Source of the DNA: Vitrella brassicaformis CCMP3155
Taxonomy: Eukaryota; Protista; Chromerida
Direction of reading: 5' to 3'
NCBI GenBank assembly: GCA_001179505.1
Contig: CDMY01000648.1
Location: 1-36,746 of the forward strand
Length of the DNA: 36,746 nucleotides
Below the pieces are notes generated by a model. It was given only the letters and a program-made list of their open reading frames with translations. It searched no databases and had not been told where the DNA came from. The translations under genes were made by a program, and so were the position numbers. Shown piece after piece: positions 34,880 to 36,746 of this stretch; positions within the stretch are counted from its first letter, which is position 1, and the number at the start of each line of letters is the position of its first letter.

Positions 34880-36746
34880 ATGGAGTCGGTGGAGACCACG
34901 ACGCAGCGCCCCTCTCCGTGTCGCCCCAGGGCGCATCGGCCAACGCGTCGGCGTTGTTGGAATCCATCCGCACGGAGGAGGGCTACAACCAGATGGTGGC
35001 CGAACGAGGCCTTCAAGCCGTGGAGGCCAAGATCTCTGCCGTCATGACCGAGATCTCCACCAGCATCGCCGCAACTCCCGACAGCACTTCGCAGCTGCTG
35101 CAGCCACTCGTCCAGCTGGTTTCCCTCAGGCATGTGCCGTGCATCACCCAGAAGGCCTTTGATGCAGACATCCTGCCGATGCTGAAGGAGCAGCTGGGCG
35201 ACGACCGCCACCCCGACCACCAGCAACAGGCGGCATCCGCACTGGACGACATCGCATCAGTCGGCATCCCCACTGGACGAAATCGCATTGGACGACATCA
35301 CATCCCGCCAGAGATGCAGGCCGTCATCGACGCGGGTGCCGTCCCGCACCTCGTGCAGCTGGTGTCGTCACCCGACGAAGGCGTGTGTCTGGCGGCAATG
35401 AAGGCACTGGCCAATCTCAGCGACCCAATACTCCTGGGCGAGCAGCGCGGCAACATTCTGCAACTGGGAGTCCTCGAGCGACTGCAGACGACGATGCGCG
35501 AGAAAACGTCGTTCGTGGTGCTCCGCTTGGGTGCAGACCTAATGTGGAGGCTGTGCCTCCGGAACCCCCACCCACCCGCATCCGATGCCGTCGCGCCGTT
35601 CGTGCCCTTGCTGGCCAACATCATCCGCACACACTGGCTTCACCAAGAGCGCGGCCTCCTGGATGAAGCCGTGTCGGCGCTGGCGGCCATCAGTAACGGC
35701 AGGGTCGACGATGAGCTTCGCGATGCTGTGGTGGCGACGGGGGTGTGTGAGTGGCTGGTGAAGCTGGCGGCGGGGGAGTGGGCTATGTGTGGAATTCCAG
35801 AGAACGCTTTAACTGTGTTAGCCAACATTGCACAAGGTCAGTTGCCCTGACGCAGAGAGGGGGAGAGGGGGAGAGAGTGTTGTGTGTCCATGCAGGTACC
35901 GATGCCCATCGTGACGTGCTGGCTGAGTGTGGTGTCATCCCACGGCTCAGCAAGCTGCTGGAGCCACCGGCGACCAACGAGATCATGCACCAGCAGATAC
36001 CGACGAGCAACGAGGTCTTGCGGCAGCAGCAACCGACGACCAACGGGTTCTGGCTCCGTCTTCGCGCGCTGCATCTCGCGCGAGCGCACTACACTGCCTG
36101 TCATATTCTCACGAGTATGATCAATGAGGGTAAGAACGAAATACCAGCAATCGTCCCTGATTGCAAACGTCACCCGTGTGTCTGTGAATGAAGGGACGGC
36201 TGGCCATGTCGTGGCGGTCGTCAATAGTGGAGCAGTGCCGCACCTCCTCGACATCATGACGGCGGACAACATGTATGCGGCGGTCGTCAATTATGGAGCA
36301 GTGCCGCCCTTCCTCGACATCATGACGGAGAGTGGGCTGGGGATAGTGCGGTGCATCAAGCGGCTGGCAGCACGAGCCATGGAGTACCTGCCGTACACGG
36401 CATCGCAGCAGCAGGTAGGTGGGTGGGGTCGGGGGAACGAATCACATTTCTCCACCTGACCTCGTTCGTTCCTCCCTCGATCCATCCGAGTGTTCAGGTC
36501 GAGCTCACACCGACCAGTGAGGCGGCGGCGCCGAGTGAGGACACCAAACCGACCAGTGAGGCGGCGGCGCCGAGTGAGGACACCAACGCACAGCAGGTGA
36601 GGGGCAGACCAAAAGACACTCACCATCAACGACGCTGACATTTGTATGTGTGTGCTGTACGTACGTCACTGTGGCACTGCAGGTGTCCGTAGCCACCGGA
36701 CCATCATACCGTCAGATCCACTGGAGCGGCGAGCCTCCACCCATCG
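34880..36746 (+). CDS. Importin-alpha-like armadillo-repeat protein without a recognisable IBB domain; continues past the window end
   Basis: ARM repeats: DADILPMLKEQL...HQQQAASALDDIAS; QAVIDAGAVPHLVQLVSSPDEGVCLAAMKALANL; PHPPASDAVAPFVPLLANII; EAVSALAAISNG; DVLAECGVIPRLSKLL; AVVNSGAVPHLLDIM. The ATG at 34880 is out of frame with the main ORF from ~34918, meaning either a frameshift or an upstream exon. Confidence 0.75.
36214..36327 (+). repeat. 66-nt-period internal duplication of a partial ARM repeat
   Basis: AVVNSGAVPHLLDIMT is followed by AVVNYGAVPPFLDIMT; copies start at 36214 and 36280. Confidence 0.85.
36509..36586 (+). repeat. Perfect 39-nt tandem duplication in a coding exon (PTSEAAAPSEDT x2)
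   Basis: accgaccagtgaggcggcggcgccgagtgaggacaccaa at 36509-36547 and 36548-36586. Confidence 0.95.

Noticed and set aside
36509-36586. Repeat pairs as a CRISPR-like array (also 16287-16354)
   Set aside because: Only two copies, no spacer series, inside eukaryotic coding exons, and no cas genes.
1-36746. tRNA, rRNA, telomeric arrays, transposase or reverse transcriptase
   Set aside because: None recognised by eye. Isolated TTAGGG and GTTCGA hits lack context. tRNAscan-SE and RepeatModeler were not run.

Overview
Eukaryotic, GC-rich, intron-dense genomic DNA. Introns are short and filled with (CTGT)n/(GT)n/(CCAT)n microsatellites. Composition and gene families most resemble the chromerid alveolate Vitrella brassicaformis (inference, no search run). 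All gene models were spliced by hand, and most are invisible in the six-frame track. Roughly 1-24.4 kb is mainly decayed, intron-retaining gene copies: a USP25/28-like fragment with Cys->His at the catalytic site, SAM-like repeats, two F-box/LRR-like genes, a third lineage-family gene, a TLDc gene, an Hsp33 copy and a MORN-repeat gene. One apparently intact, divergent Skp1 paralog sits among them. About 24.4-32 kb is a compact block of intact-looking genes: a GH47 alpha-1,2-mannosidase with a long N-terminal exon, SKA1 head-to-head with it, a small secreted protein and a bacterial-like class I SAM methyltransferase. After that come an orphan HisRS fragment and an importin-alpha-like ARM gene running off the end. 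No rRNA, tRNA, CRISPR array or transposase was recognised. The best candidate for an undescribed system is a non-canonical Skp1 plus F-box-like (SCF-like) module, which remains a hypothesis.
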